From assembly GCA_904063045.1 (NCBI GenBank), contig CAJFCJ010000034.1, positions 62,001-126,000 of the forward strand: a stretch of DNA of 64,000 nt. Reading direction: 5' to 3'. Positions within the stretch are counted from its first letter, which is position 1, and every line of letters begins with the position of its first letter. Source of the DNA: Dimorphilus gyrociliatus (taxonomy: Eukaryota > Animalia > Annelida). The position numbers and the translations under genes are program-made. The notes under the pieces are model-generated. The model saw nothing but the letters and a program-made list of their open reading frames with translations. It had not been told where the DNA came from and made no database searches. Positions 37,861-51,575 of this stretch are shown piece by piece.

Positions 37861-38820
37861 TTTTTCTTCTCTTCTTTTGCCTCGACGAAAATTTCGACAA
37901 ATTTTCAAATATTTCCAATTTCTGCTTTCCAGTCTATAGACTAAAGCCAAACTATAAAATTCAACAGCAAAACAGCTGCCTTAAATACTTGTAGAAAATC
38001 TAGTTATTGCCGATTTAGGCCTAAGTGAGTTGCGATAAAACGCGATAAAATACTATTATTAGCTTTCTCATTTTTCCCATTAGCTTTTAACCGAATTCTC
38101 ATTTCTTTTTGTCCCATTCAAGTTCTGCTTTCTCAATTTTTTCACAAATCAATTTCAATATTTAGAATAGCGATTATCTAGACAAGTTCAATTCGACCTC
38201 TGCTACGTATTTCGCAGGAAACGACCCTTCAATGTTTCAACCATTCGGTGACAAAGCAAAAATAAATGCCAACGCTTACGTTAATATTAATGCGGCCAGT
38301 AGAATCTTTTTGAATATACAATAGGCAAAATGCTGATATCTTATCCCGTTTCTTGAATTGTTCATTCATGCGATACCCTTTTTGATGTTCTGTCTAATGG
38401 AATATTGTGGCATTTTTTTAAGATTTTCGAGTGCATTGGGGATAAACTAAAAGTAGTTAATTTTTTTATTTGTTCAGGTGAATATTTAATTGTCCTTTCT
38501 TTAGAATGTTTATATTTAAATGCTTCAAAACAATTCTTAGACGATATAGGTCACTGCCTAATCTCAACCACTACTGGGAAGGTACTACTACTCTGTAATT
38601 CTCAGTTTTTTTTATAATGTTAACATATGAATATGATTTTAAATTAAGTTAATTTTATTATTTATGGTTTTCTATTCAGAAACTATTCACAGATGAAGAA
38701 ATTAATACGATATAACAAAGGTAACCATAGGAATATGAATATTTATTATAATATAGACTCTATATATTTGCATCTTACATTCTTAGAACATCAAAGTGTG
38801 TTTTTCCAAATGAAAGAAAA

Positions 38821-41800
38821 ATGTTCTCAATAAAAGAAACAATTTATTTAGTTCATTTTCTATTATTTTTATTTCGAATGGAATGTCTATCGTATTCATT
38901 TAAGACTTTTATCAAACTAGAGATTTTTAAAGATGATGATATATTTGTTATTGGAAATTTAACTGTTAGGCAATATATTCTTCCAATAAATGCAATTGTA
39001 ATGAAATCATGCCATGACCGAGATCTCAATATTCTATGTAAAGATTTTGGTTATGGTTATGGTTATTCTAAATATCACTGCCAGAAAAGTAAGAGAGGAA
39101 AAAATACGAAAAATCTCTTGCATATAGATTAATAATTTGAATTTATTAATAGTAACAGATCGTTTTTTATCAACGAAAACCTTAGAATTGAAAACAAATC
39201 GTGTATTTTGCAGCACGTGATTAATATTAATATAATTGATTTTTTTTTGTTTTTTCTAATATTTCTATATATACATTCAAAATAGATATGTTCAAGTATG
39301 TTTAAGATGTTTCAAGATGAATTCCTCTTGTATTCACATAGTTTTCTTTATCCTTCATCTGTATTCATTTATAAACATATATATGTTTCTTTTTTTTGCA
39401 TAGATATGTTTGCCATGTTGAATGTAATGAACTCAAATTTCAATATTATTTTAAAGCGGAATAACGAATTTTACTCTGTTAAATCATATAAAAATATGAC
39501 AAGTAAATTATGTGAAAAAGCTGAATTCATTATAAAATCTAAGCTTAATGTGATAAATTCAATAAATCTTATAATATATAACAAGACTATAAAATCTATC
39601 AATCGTTTACCAAATTCCTTTCCGGTTGTATGTTCAGAAAATGAAATTGATGGTAAAGTCTATTTATTTATTGAAAATTATGTCTTCTTTTCAAATTTAA
39701 ACAAACTATTAGATATAAAGATTATTGAACTTTCAAATTCTTACTCTTTTTCAAAGAATATAAGAAATGTATCTATCGTTTTCCATTCAAGGATATATGG
39801 AACTATTTATCCAGTTTTTGTTAAATTGCAATTTTCCTCAACGACTGAAGAGCTGTTTTGGTTGAAAGAAACGGCTACAGTCATATGCAAGGAAATGTCA
39901 ATGGTTCTTAAACCAGTATCTATTCGTAAAGTGGTTGTTGAAAACTATCCAGTATAGTAAAACATTAATAACAATTAATAGAAAAGTCACTGTTACAGTT
40001 TAATAATTAAATATACATATATATATATTTATAGAAGAGAGTTGTTACTGCTTTATTTTGTAATTGGAAAATTGGTAACTTTAAAGAATGTCACGCTACA
40101 CTTGTAGATAACTTTCAAACTCTTTTATACATAAAACCCGAATGTGAACGACGATATTCTTTTAAAGGTGTTTTGTATTGTAAAATTATGTAATACTCTA
40201 TATATAATTTAAATTGCTATTCTATGAAACAATAGATTTTCAAGTGAGATTGTACAATAACAAATTGAATCATATATACAATAAGTCTCATAATTTCAAA
40301 GAGTTCTATGGTTATTTTCAAATAGTTATGTTTTCAAAATGGCTGTTGTTTCCTATCCAAGTTATAGACTATTTTCATTTGAAGCTAATCTGTAAATACT
40401 TTGGATTTAACTCAGGAACGTTAATTGCGCTTGAGAAAGAATTTTATCAATTACATTCATATCTGGACGAATACGTAATTGCTGAGATGCAGTGTGAATT
40501 AAATTCTACATCTATAAAAGATTGCTCGTATTATGAAACCTTAAATCAATTCTTTTCAAGTTATTTGAAATTGATATATGCTATAAAATGCAGTAATGAT
40601 GTATTTAAAGGTAAACAATTTCATATATTTATGGTATTATCTAAATTATAAAAAATCATATATTGTTATCCAATAAAGAATGTACAGAGCCAACTTCCTA
40701 TCGATTATTTCATACATGCTTTTATTTATATTTGTTCGATGGCAAGTCTATTTCAGCATTAGATGAGGAAAAAGAATGCGAAAGATTAAATCTAACAACA
40801 ATAGACGTTTTACCAAGTTCCAACATTTATCTTCATTATGCACTAGATATATTTATTAGGTTTCTTTCCTTACCAAATACATTTTTTACAAAAGATAAAA
40901 CAACTGGTAAATAGTTAATACTTGAACAATTAATATCTGATAATAAGAAGTAACTTTAATACCATTTTAAAGTTTTAAAAACTTTTAAAAAGAATAACGA
41001 AATTGAAATGTTAACACCTTTACGAAGACCATATCATTTTCTAACTGTGCTTGAACGGAGACATACTTATAACAATTATGTTGCAGATGTGACACAGTCT
41101 AATATCAATACATCTTTTCATCAATATTTCATATCTCTTAATCCAGAAAAGATTTTTACTCCTTCAACAAAATGTATAAGTTTCACTAGCAATTTTGATG
41201 GTACTACAGAAGTCTTTAGTTTAACAGAGTATAATTGTTTACTTAAAACAATTTCGCATTTAACTTGCCAGAGTTTACCATGTAAACAATTACAATTCTA
41301 TTGTAAATTCTTCTGATTTAATCTTTCTTCTTACGTATCAATCTATATATAGATGAAAGAGAGTATGCCAGTATTTACGATTCAATACAATACCATGAAA
41401 ATTATAATTGCTCACTAATTGGATTTTATTGTTTTATTAACCGAATATGTATCAATGAAATTCATGTTTGCGACGGAGTAAATGATTGTTTATCAGGCGA
41501 AGATGAATTGAATTGTGAATCAGTTTTGGAATATTCTTGTTTACTTTCAAATGAAAAAGTAAAATATCAATATATTTGTGATTATAAACAAGACTGTAAA
41601 GATAATTCTGATGAAGAATTCTGCAGTAAATAACAACTTCACTTAATTAACATATATTAATATTATTGCATATTTTTAAATAATTAAGCAAGATCTCAAT
41701 GTCCATATAATTTTCAAAGGTAGATTAATTAATAGAAGACTTAATTCATTCATTTCATAATATTTACCAGATGTACAAACAATCAATGTATTGAATACGA

Positions 41801-44800
41801 TAAATTCTGCGATAATGAATATAATTGTTTTGATAGAAGCGATGAAGATTGCATTAATTTTATACATTTTAACAGTGGGAATAAAACTAGTAAGAGAAAC
41901 AGTTTTTCATTCATCTCTTATACAAAATTCTATTTATTCTATGTTTCTTTTTTTATATAATTTGTTAACGAAGCGTGTCATCCTACTAAACAACTATTTT
42001 GCGATAATAAATGCAAACCAATAAGTTATAAGTGCGACCTTTTTCCTCATTGTGAAGATTTAGCTGATGAATATTTAGATAATTATGAAGAATGCTTTAA
42101 AAGGTGGAACACAATGTCCTTTTTTCTTATAGATTAATAATTAATTGGTTCATAGTCTGATTATTTTTAAAACAGCTTATCATACGATGCGCTAATGAAT
42201 AATCCTTATCGATGTCGTTTAAAATACGATTCTGTTGGAAATCATTTGACAAAACAGTATTTTCCTTTTTATGATTTAAAAAACTGTTCGTTAGAAAAGT
42301 GTAAAGTTGGTGAATTTTTATGTAAAATAGAGAAATTTTGTATATCAATTGAACAAGTGTGTGATAACATTAATCATTGCTGGAATAATGAAGATGAACA
42401 TAATTGCGGTATATCCAAGACCTTATTTCAATCAAAATAAGTAAAATAATTATGTCTTTCTTTAAAACTTTAATAAAATTAGAAAATTTTGCAATTGCTG
42501 GCTTTTTTAAATGTAAAAATGAAAATCTGTACCTAAATTTTAGCAGTGTCTGCAATGGAATAACAAATTGCAGAGAGGGAAGCGATGAGCAATATTGTGA
42601 AAGAAGAAATATTATTTGTCTATTAGACTGTAAATGCTTCCCACTATTTTATTTACATTGCAATAGTTTCACAGAGCTTTCAAACAAGCTTTTAAATTCA
42701 TCTATAGAACTATATAAACATATTACTTTAAACAATCAAAAGATTATTGAAGGCAAATATGATACATACCAATTAACTGTTCTACGTATAAAAAACAGTC
42801 GTTTCAATGTCAGAAAATTTCAATTGAAAGCTCCAAATTTATTCCTTTTACACATAACAAATTGTGAATTGACAAATATTCAACTGTTGAAACGTAATCA
42901 ATGGAATATATTGCAGCATCTTAACCTTTCGCATAATCCTCTTAGAATAGATGAACAGTTAACATTTGAAATATTTCCCAATCTCTTACAGATGGACATC
43001 TCTTTCACAAATATTATCTATCTTCATAAAAATGTCTTTAGAAACCTGAGCCGTCTACAATTGTTGAAAATCAATCATTGTATTATTAGTAATATGGATT
43101 TAGACGTGTTTAGATATTTCGAAAATCTCAAAGTTCTTTACATGAAGAGAACAACGTTTATGAGGATTTTGAGATATGATAATATGAAATATCTCGTTAA
43201 TATTCGAGTTCTTCATACTGAATACTTTAGGATGTGTTGTTTGGGATGGAAATTTTCGGCCCAACTGTACGATTGTTCACCTGCAAATGCCCTATTGAAT
43301 ACGTGCTCCGACCTGTTGATTTCGAATCTGGTGAGGAGTATATTCTGGATATTTGGATTCACTGGATTCATAGGCAACGTATTCTCATTGACGTATAGAA
43401 TAATTTCGATGAGTAGACCTTCTCATTTGTTCTACATCATGTTGTCTGCCGGAGATTTCTTGACGTCATTGTATTTTATATCAATGTCTATAGCGGATTT
43501 GTATTTTAAAGGGAAATTTCAGGAAAACGACGACAAATGGCGATACGGAATTACTTGTAAATTGATTGGAAGCGTAATGAATTCATCACTAATCCTATCA
43601 TCTCTAAGTTTATTACTAATAAGTATTGAAAGATATCACGGCATTGCATCACCTCTAAGTTCAAGATTTTCCATGAAATTTGTATCACTTGTATGTCTTG
43701 TATGTGGGATATTTTCAATTATGATAGGAAGTCTTCCAAATCTTATCTATGAAGTAAATTCTAATAGAATAATGTTTAAACATTAATTATCGACAGATTG
43801 AACACAATAATTTTATTCCATAGAATTTCTTTGTAGAAACTCCTATATGTTTTAAACTGCAGTTAAGATCTCAGAAAAACGAAGGCTGGTTTTATTCATT
43901 TATAATCTTTGACGTTGGAATGCTTTGCATATCATTAATCATAGTTGTATTATATTGTAAAATTTTATTAGAAATAAAAAAGAGCATAGCAACTTTTCAT
44001 TGTCGTTCTAATGAGAAATTTTTAAGTAGCGCTTCAAAAATAACTCTATTTATTATCTGTACAAACTTGATGTGCTGGCTTCCTGTTTCTCTTATTGGTT
44101 AGTGTTATTTAACTTTTAATAATATAAAATACTATAAACAAAACTTTTAAAAAGGCATATACTCTGTTACTGGGCATTTTAATCTTTCGAATGATATAGT
44201 TATATGGTTTATCGTTACACTTATTCCAATTAATTGTGCTTTAAATCCATTAATTTATTCATTTGGCGAATATTTAAAAAGTAAGAAAGTTAAGAGAGAA
44301 GAAAGAAAGAAAACAAAGTAAATATTTTTTGAAGAATATAGTAAATTAGTTAATATTTTCAATGTTAATTCATTAAATAGTACAAGTATTGAAAATGAAA
44401 TAATTGATAGAACGAAAGAGAAAAGTAACATTTTGAAAGAAAATACTTTTATTATACTTTAATCTTTTTATGTATTGCCTTTTATATTCCAGTTATTGAA
44501 TTTTTTATGAATTATGAAGAAAGCCACTTTATTCTAACAGTACTGGATATAGATTTATGTAAATTGAAATTTAATACTGAATTCTTTACAAATAATACAT
44601 ATTTTAATTGTATTAAACATCTATGTTCTGCTATTACATTCCTTCATTCAAAAAAACTATCAATAAATGGGAAATTTGAACTGGATGATGTTCATAAGAC
44701 TAATGTTTATTATTATATTTTCCTAATTAATGGATTGTTTATATTAATATTTTCTTTATAGGAAAACTTTGGAAAAAATATGGAATTTTTCCTTATCCCC

Positions 44801-44905
44801 AAGAAAATGGAGACTTTAACTAAAAGTCGAGAATTTAAAGATATTTGGGCATTGGGTTTCTTCACCAGAATGATTTTGCAGAAGAGAATGTATTACTACT
44901 CTTAA
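38821..44905 (+). CDS. G5: multi-exon GRL101-like receptor with the most canonical 7TM and a pseudokinase-like tail
   Basis: Signal-like N-terminus. SRCR-like LCKDFGYG and LICKYFGFNSG. CTLD-like 40680-41300. LDLa 41400-42620. LRR-TM4 in 42404-43786 with IERY, then TM6 CWLP and TM7 NPLIY. Tail IKHLCSAITFLHSKK...DIWALG, stop 44903-44905. Confidence 0.87.
42831..43808. repeat. Near-identical block shared by G5 and G6 (copy 1)
   Basis: Matches 49400-50377 at a constant offset of 6569. I noticed one substitution, near the 3' end. Confidence 0.95.
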
Positions 44906-45226
44906 TAAACTATTAATAAAAAGGATGACTATTTGTTGTTTAATGTTTATTAATAGAATTTTATTATTGAAAAAGCGTGTTCGTCTTGTCGAATTAATCT
45001 ATTATAAATTCAAAATGATCATAGCATCTCGTAGAGTGAGGATTAGAAGGAGTATGAGAGTATAGCCTTGTTATAGTCTAGACTTATTATATTAAAAATA
45101 AACACGACTTTATTGTAATTTAACTGGAACAATTAAATTAATGAAAATAGTTTATTTAATATTCCTTTAACTATATTTCTCATATATTTCTCATTGTTTT
45201 AAAATTAAATAGAAATATTTAATAGC

Positions 45227-48200
45227 ATGGTTAACATGAAAATTCTGTTTAACCTTGTTATCTTATCAAATCTATTAACTATGACTTGTCAACAAACATT
45301 AATTAGACTGAGAAAATGCGTACCTAAACTCAATGTTGTTTTTGAAAGTTCAACCTATATTATTGGCCACTTAATATGCTACGATAATAAAATGATGTAT
45401 CCAGTGGCTGTAACAAATTGTATTAACTTTGATTATAAGAATATTTGTAATTTATTCAATTACGATCACATTTACATGCGGATTGATACCTGCAATTATA
45501 CAAAAGGTACGTAGATTTAATGTCAATCGTTATATAATGTTATATAAATCAATCAATTTAAAGATAATGACAAATTTATTGGGTTTGAGAAATGGAATTT
45601 ACATAATTCATCATAGTAAGTTATCATTTCCAATTTCTATTTGTAAACATTTTCCTACTGTTAAAAACAGCTATTTTATAAATAATCCACATTACGATAT
45701 GTGCTTTAAATGCTTTAAGAAGAATTCAACTTGTAATATATATCTATATATAATTAAATCTATCAATGTCGTATTAAATATAGAATTCATTTAATAGATA
45801 TATTTGCTCATAAATTAAATTCAAACAAGTTCGTTCCCTATTTAAGGCATAATCAAAGAATTTTTCGCCTTAATACATTGAAAAGATTAAAAGAAAAAGT
45901 ATGCGTTTCCGTTGAGTTTTATTTGGATTATTTAAAATTATTGAATATTGAAAATTCTACTATAAAAGTAAAAGATTTTCATGATGATAAACCAATTTTT
46001 TCAATGAATTCTTCAAATATTCATAATGATATGAAACAGTTTTCTTGTTCTTTCAAACAAATAAGAGGTAGAATAAAGCAACATTATATAACTTTGAATT
46101 AGTATAGTACAGTATAAATTGTAGATTTAACATTTAAAAGATTGAATAAAAGTGATTCATTACGTTTGAAACATAATCAAATTAAAGAAATATCTATTAT
46201 TATGTTCTCAAAGACTTATGGTAGTCTTCCTCCTGTGTTTGTCAATAATTTCAACTTTAACAGACAAATTAGACTATCTATTGGTAAAATGATTTGTAGA
46301 CAATTGTCCATGAATGTTGGATCTCACCGTATAAATTTTATTAGATTAGATAAAGTAAGAAATATATTATGGGTATAATTGATTATCTAAATATATCGTT
46401 ACAGGATGTTAATATTGCTCAGGTAATTAAATTGGAAGGATAGTGAATGAGAAAATTCAAAGTTAATTAGAGAGTTATTTTTTGTAGAATCGTCTCTGTT
46501 CCTCTCTTCCAAATCCACACTTTTATAGCTTTGTACTTGAAATACTTAATTATTATTAATATTTTAAAAAGAACACTGTTCAAAATTACTATTTCAGAAT
46601 GGTTATGTATTAGATTTCTGTAAGGCAAATAAAGAATTCTATTCAAGTTGTTCACCGATAAAGTCTAATACTAAATACTTACTGGATGTCAAATGCCTAA
46701 CTGAAACTTATATTGCCTCTAAATTTCGATTATATAATAATCAAAATGACTATATTTCTAAAAGAAGGATACATTCTAACAGCTATGTAGGATATTTTCA
46801 AATATTCTACGATTCAAAATGGTATATGATTGATCGCTACTCATTAACAAGCCATTTACTTGAATTAGTTTGTCAGTATTTTGGATTTTTAACAGGATCA
46901 TTTGTTCGTAATGATAAAAAACATTATAAAACGAAAGAAGATTTCGATTTTGAATATATTTTAAGTTTACATTGTCCTTTGAATGTAACAAAGATAAGCG
47001 ACTGTTCATTTACAGAAATGTTAGTAAAAGACCAAAAAGGAATTAGAATTATTATATTTCCAATAAATTAAATGCTAATATAGATATATTCTTTAAATAA
47101 ATAGATTAAATAACGATGGTATTGATTCAATAAAAATTGAATGTACCGTTGCAAAGATTCAAAGTTATTAGTTTTCAATTTAAAATTTTTGGGGTAACTA
47201 GTTAAAATTAGTATTATCGTATAGTAAAACGGCGTCTAAATTAGCTAATAACACTAGTTACCTCTAACGAATACTTAATTCAACATTTATAAATATTGTT
47301 ACAGAGTGCTCCCATCCCGATAGTTATAGAATTCTTAATGATTGTTATTACTTCATAAGACATAAAAAGAGAATAAGTCCTGTTCAAGGAAATCAAATAT
47401 GTTCAAATAAGAATTTAACGCTTTTTGATCAAAATGAGGATATGTTTCTTTTATATGATTTTTTCTACAAGTTAATCATAAAGGGAAAAAATGAAAAATT
47501 GGTATTTTTTTCCGGTTGGCATATTTTAATAGATTATTAATTGAACGCTTTGAAAATGATTGTTCAATTAATTTAAACAGTTTTACGTAATAAAACAATA
47601 AACGATGATGAAAGTTTTAAAGTAACATCAACTGGTAGACCACTAAGATATTTATCACACTATTTAGTTAAACATGATGGAGACGAAAAATTTCACAAGA
47701 CTGATAAAGTATTAGTCTTTACAAAACACTATGAGAAATTGAGTCCAAGAGACAATTGTTTTATTACCTCATTCATTCCACTTGATTATTATAATAGTTC
47801 AAAAATTGTACTGAAAGCTATTCCTTGTAATTTGAAAATATTTTCTTATCAAATCTGTCATAGCTTTGCTAGTATAGTATTCGCAAATTAACTAATTAAT
47901 ATATTACATTGCATATTTTCTAGGCTACTTGAATAATGATCCTCAAGAACAACTTATTCAATATGATAATAATTTAAATTATTCAAAATTAGCGTTCTAC
48001 TGCTTTTTGAGTAGAATATATGTAAATTATATTCAAGTTTGTGATGGAATAAAAGATTGTTCCTTGGGAGAAGATGAATATAATTGTGATGAAATTATTA
48101 CATTTTCCTGTTTTAATTTAAAAGCTAAGATTCCTTATCAGTATACTTGCGATTATAGAGAAGATTGCTCTGACGGATCTGATGAGCAATTTTGCGGTTA

Positions 48201-51200
48201 ATAAAAAAAGTATTTAAAACGAATTTATACTTTACTTTTCAAAATTTAATCCAACAACAAATTAGAGAGAAGACAATGCAAAGATAACTTTAGAAAGTAA
48301 AACTTCCTTATTATTGTGTAATACCATTTTGTCTTTTATACGAAATATGTCGTTCATCAGATGTAAAAGTAACGAATGTTTACAAATTGAATATTTCTGC
48401 GATAATGAGTATAATTGTCTTGATAAGAGTGATGAACAATGTCTTTTTTATAATTTCAATAATTCCATTACAAGTTAATAACTCATAATATTCAATTTCT
48501 AGGTGATTGACTATATAAGTTATATTAAATATTTCACTTTTATCAGATTGTAATGAAAAGAATCAATTTGCGTGCAGTAACGACTGTATACCTATTCGTT
48601 ATAAATGTGATACTTTTAATGATTGTATGGATTTAAGTGATGAAATTTCCAACATATGTCTAGGAAAAATGTATATATTCAGGTATTTCAAACATTATAA
48701 TTCCATGTAAACAACAACGGAAAAAGAATACATTATAATAAAAACATAGGTTTTTCAATCTGATTCACGATGCAAAACAAGAATGTTCCATAAACTATGA
48801 TTCAAAAGGGAATATGTTCAGCAATATGAATCATCCATATATCAATTTCAAAAATTGCAATAGGGCTAAATGCGATTATGGTGAATTTTTATGTACAACC
48901 TATAAATTTTGCATTCCAATAGGACGCGTTTGTGATGAGGTTAATGACTGCTTCAATAACGAAGATGAAACGAATTGCGGTAAAATAAATCTATTTCGTA
49001 TATATCTAACCTATTATTAATCTAATTTAATTCGAAATATAGAACATTTTGTTGCTACTGGTTTCTTCAAGTGCAGAAAGCAAAGTCTTTATATCAATAT
49101 AAGTAGTATATGTAATGGAATTATTAATTGTAAAACTGGTAATGATGAACTATATTGTCAGGGTAAAATGCAGCTATGTCCATTAAAATGTGACTGTTCT
49201 ATTAAATATCATCTAAAATGTGTTTTTAATACAACATTCTTTGGAAATAACATCACTTTGAATAATCCATCTCTGATACAAACTAAAAAGATTACGCTTG
49301 TTAACGTTAATCTTGTTCAAAAGCAAATAGATTCAATTGATTTGGCAATATTGTTTCTAACTAATACAAAATTCAACAATTCATTTTTGCGTATAAAAAC
49401 TCCAAATTTATTCCTTTTACACATAACAAATTGTGAATTGACAAATATTCAACTGTTGAAACGTAATCAATGGAATATATTGCAGCATCTTAACCTTTCG
49501 CATAATCCTCTTAGAATAGATGAACAGTTAACATTTGAAATATTTCCCAATCTCTTACAGATGGACATCTCTTTCACAAATATTATCTATCTTCATAAAA
49601 ATGTCTTTAGAAACCTGAGCCGTCTACAATTGTTGAAAATCAATCATTGTATTATTAGTAATATGGATTTAGACGTGTTTAGATATTTCGAAAATCTCAA
49701 AGTTCTTTACATGAAGAGAACAACGTTTATGAGGATTTTGAGATATGATAATATGAAATATCTCGTTAATATTCGAGTTCTTCATACTGAATACTTTAGG
49801 ATGTGTTGTTTGGGATGGAAATTTTCGGCCCAACTGTACGATTGTTCACCTGCAAATGCCCTATTGAATACGTGCTCCGACCTGTTGATTTCGAATCTGG
49901 TGAGGAGTATATTCTGGATATTTGGATTCACTGGATTCATAGGCAACGTATTCTCATTGACGTATAGAATAATTTCGATGAGTAGACCTTCTCATTTGTT
50001 CTACATCATGTTGTCTGCCGGAGATTTCTTGACGTCATTGTATTTTATATCAATGTCTATAGCGGATTTGTATTTTAAAGGGAAATTTCAGGAAAACGAC
50101 GACAAATGGCGATACGGAATTACTTGTAAATTGATTGGAAGCGTAATGAATTCATCACTAATCCTATCATCTCTAAGTTTATTACTAATAAGTATTGAAA
50201 GATATCACGGCATTGCATCACCTCTAAGTTCAAGATTTTCCATGAAATTTGTATCACTTGTATGTCTTGTATGTGGGATATTTTCAATTATGATAGGAAG
50301 TCTTCCAAATCTTATCTATGAAGTAAATTCTAATAGAATAATGTTTAAACACTAATTATCGACAGATTGAACACAATCATTGAATTTTATTCAACAGACT
50401 GTTTATCTTAAAATGCCATATTGTTTTAAATTGATTTCGTTCACTAATCGAAAATGGTTTATAATTGTTTTCATTTATGAAATTGCATTAATTTTCCTAC
50501 TGTTTTTGGCATTACGTCTGAGTTATTCAGCTGGAAAGTTATTGAAGAGAGACATAATGAAAATGAGCGTTTCATTTGAGAAAAGTTTATATTTAAGTAG
50601 TTTAAAAATGTACAACTATGTTGATATATCAAAATTAATTGGCTGGTTTTTTATCGCAATTACAGGTTGATCTATCTATAGTAAAATCAATAAAAGCGTA
50701 TATTTATATAAATATATATATATATATATGTTTATAGATATCGTTATATATATATATCCTTCTAAATTGAATAATGGCATATACTTGTATTGTATTATTA
50801 CTTTTAGTGTGTTGACCATATATTTTCCATTATCATTTCAATGTAAAAGTTCAATTGTTCTTTATAAAACTAAAAGAAAGAAACTAAAATGGCAAAAAAA
50901 GTAATTATTCTCTATTTCTGTCTTTATTAATATATCTATACGTATATTTATATTGGATTTATATTATCAAATATAGACTTGAATATCAGCATGCTAATGA
51001 GTTGAAGGCAACGGCTGAAAGTAAGTTGCGTAATAGTTTATTATATATCCTATAAATTTTTTTATCTTTTAATTGACAGTGCTAAGTTTCTGGCTTCTTC
51101 ATCGTAAAGAAAAATTGCAGTTTAGCCATTGCAATTCAAAAGTTGAAAGAATGAAGATAAATGATGATTTTTTAAAAAATTTCAACTGTTTTATATGCAT

Positions 51201-51511
51201 TAAACACGTTATTCTAGCATTGAAGAAATGCCATAGTCTAAAGTTTTCTTTAAATGGGTCATTGGACGAGAATACTATTTTTACTTCAGTAAAGTCTACT
51301 TTCATTGATAATGAAATAGTTAAAATATTATTGATAAGTGTTTTGTTTATAGATGCATAATAGGCCTAATGTTAAGTTCTATGTAATGGCAAAAAGCTTT
51401 GTTTGTTTAGATGCGTTAACTGAAAAAGAAGATATGTTAAAGTTTGGACGATTTGTCGCATTCATTCTTTCAAAGATAAAAATTATTTATTCAAAGAATG
51501 AACGAAACTGA
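45227..51511 (+). CDS. G6: multi-exon GRL101-like receptor, paralog of G5
   Basis: Signal peptide MKILFNLVILSNLLTMTC. SRCR-like VCQYFGFLTG...LHCPLNVTKISDC. CTLD ~47300 (DCYY...GNQICSNKNLTL). LDLa 47929-49160. LRR/TM 49168-50355. Tail IKHVILALKKCHSLK...TEKEDMLKFG, stop 51509-51511. Confidence 0.85.
49400..50377. repeat. Near-identical block shared by G5 and G6 (copy 2)
   Basis: Direct-repeat partner of 42831-43808. Confidence 0.95.
50700..50757. repeat. Interrupted (TA)n tract in a G6 intron
   Basis: Visible TA runs. Confidence 0.75.
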
Positions 51512-51575
51512 CTAGCTAAAGTATTTGAATAAATTTTATTGCTAAAATGTATTTACGTAACGTGACAATTCACTA

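Larger units (their letters stand above)
32993..38357 (+). repeat. Left arm of a large inverted segmental duplication (may extend further left; partner runs off the window end)
   Basis: Reverse complement of 58697-64000. The ORF track is mirrored with near-identical translations. Position sums are 96993 and 97054, and the 61 bp difference is explained by a 77-bp duplication in the left arm versus a 16-bp insertion in the right arm. Confidence 0.97.

Noticed and set aside
37861-37950. 30-aa N-terminal extension of the AS3MT ORF (also 59104-59193)
   Set aside because: It begins at TTG, not ATG. Paralog B starts at the position equivalent to MSEEIY.
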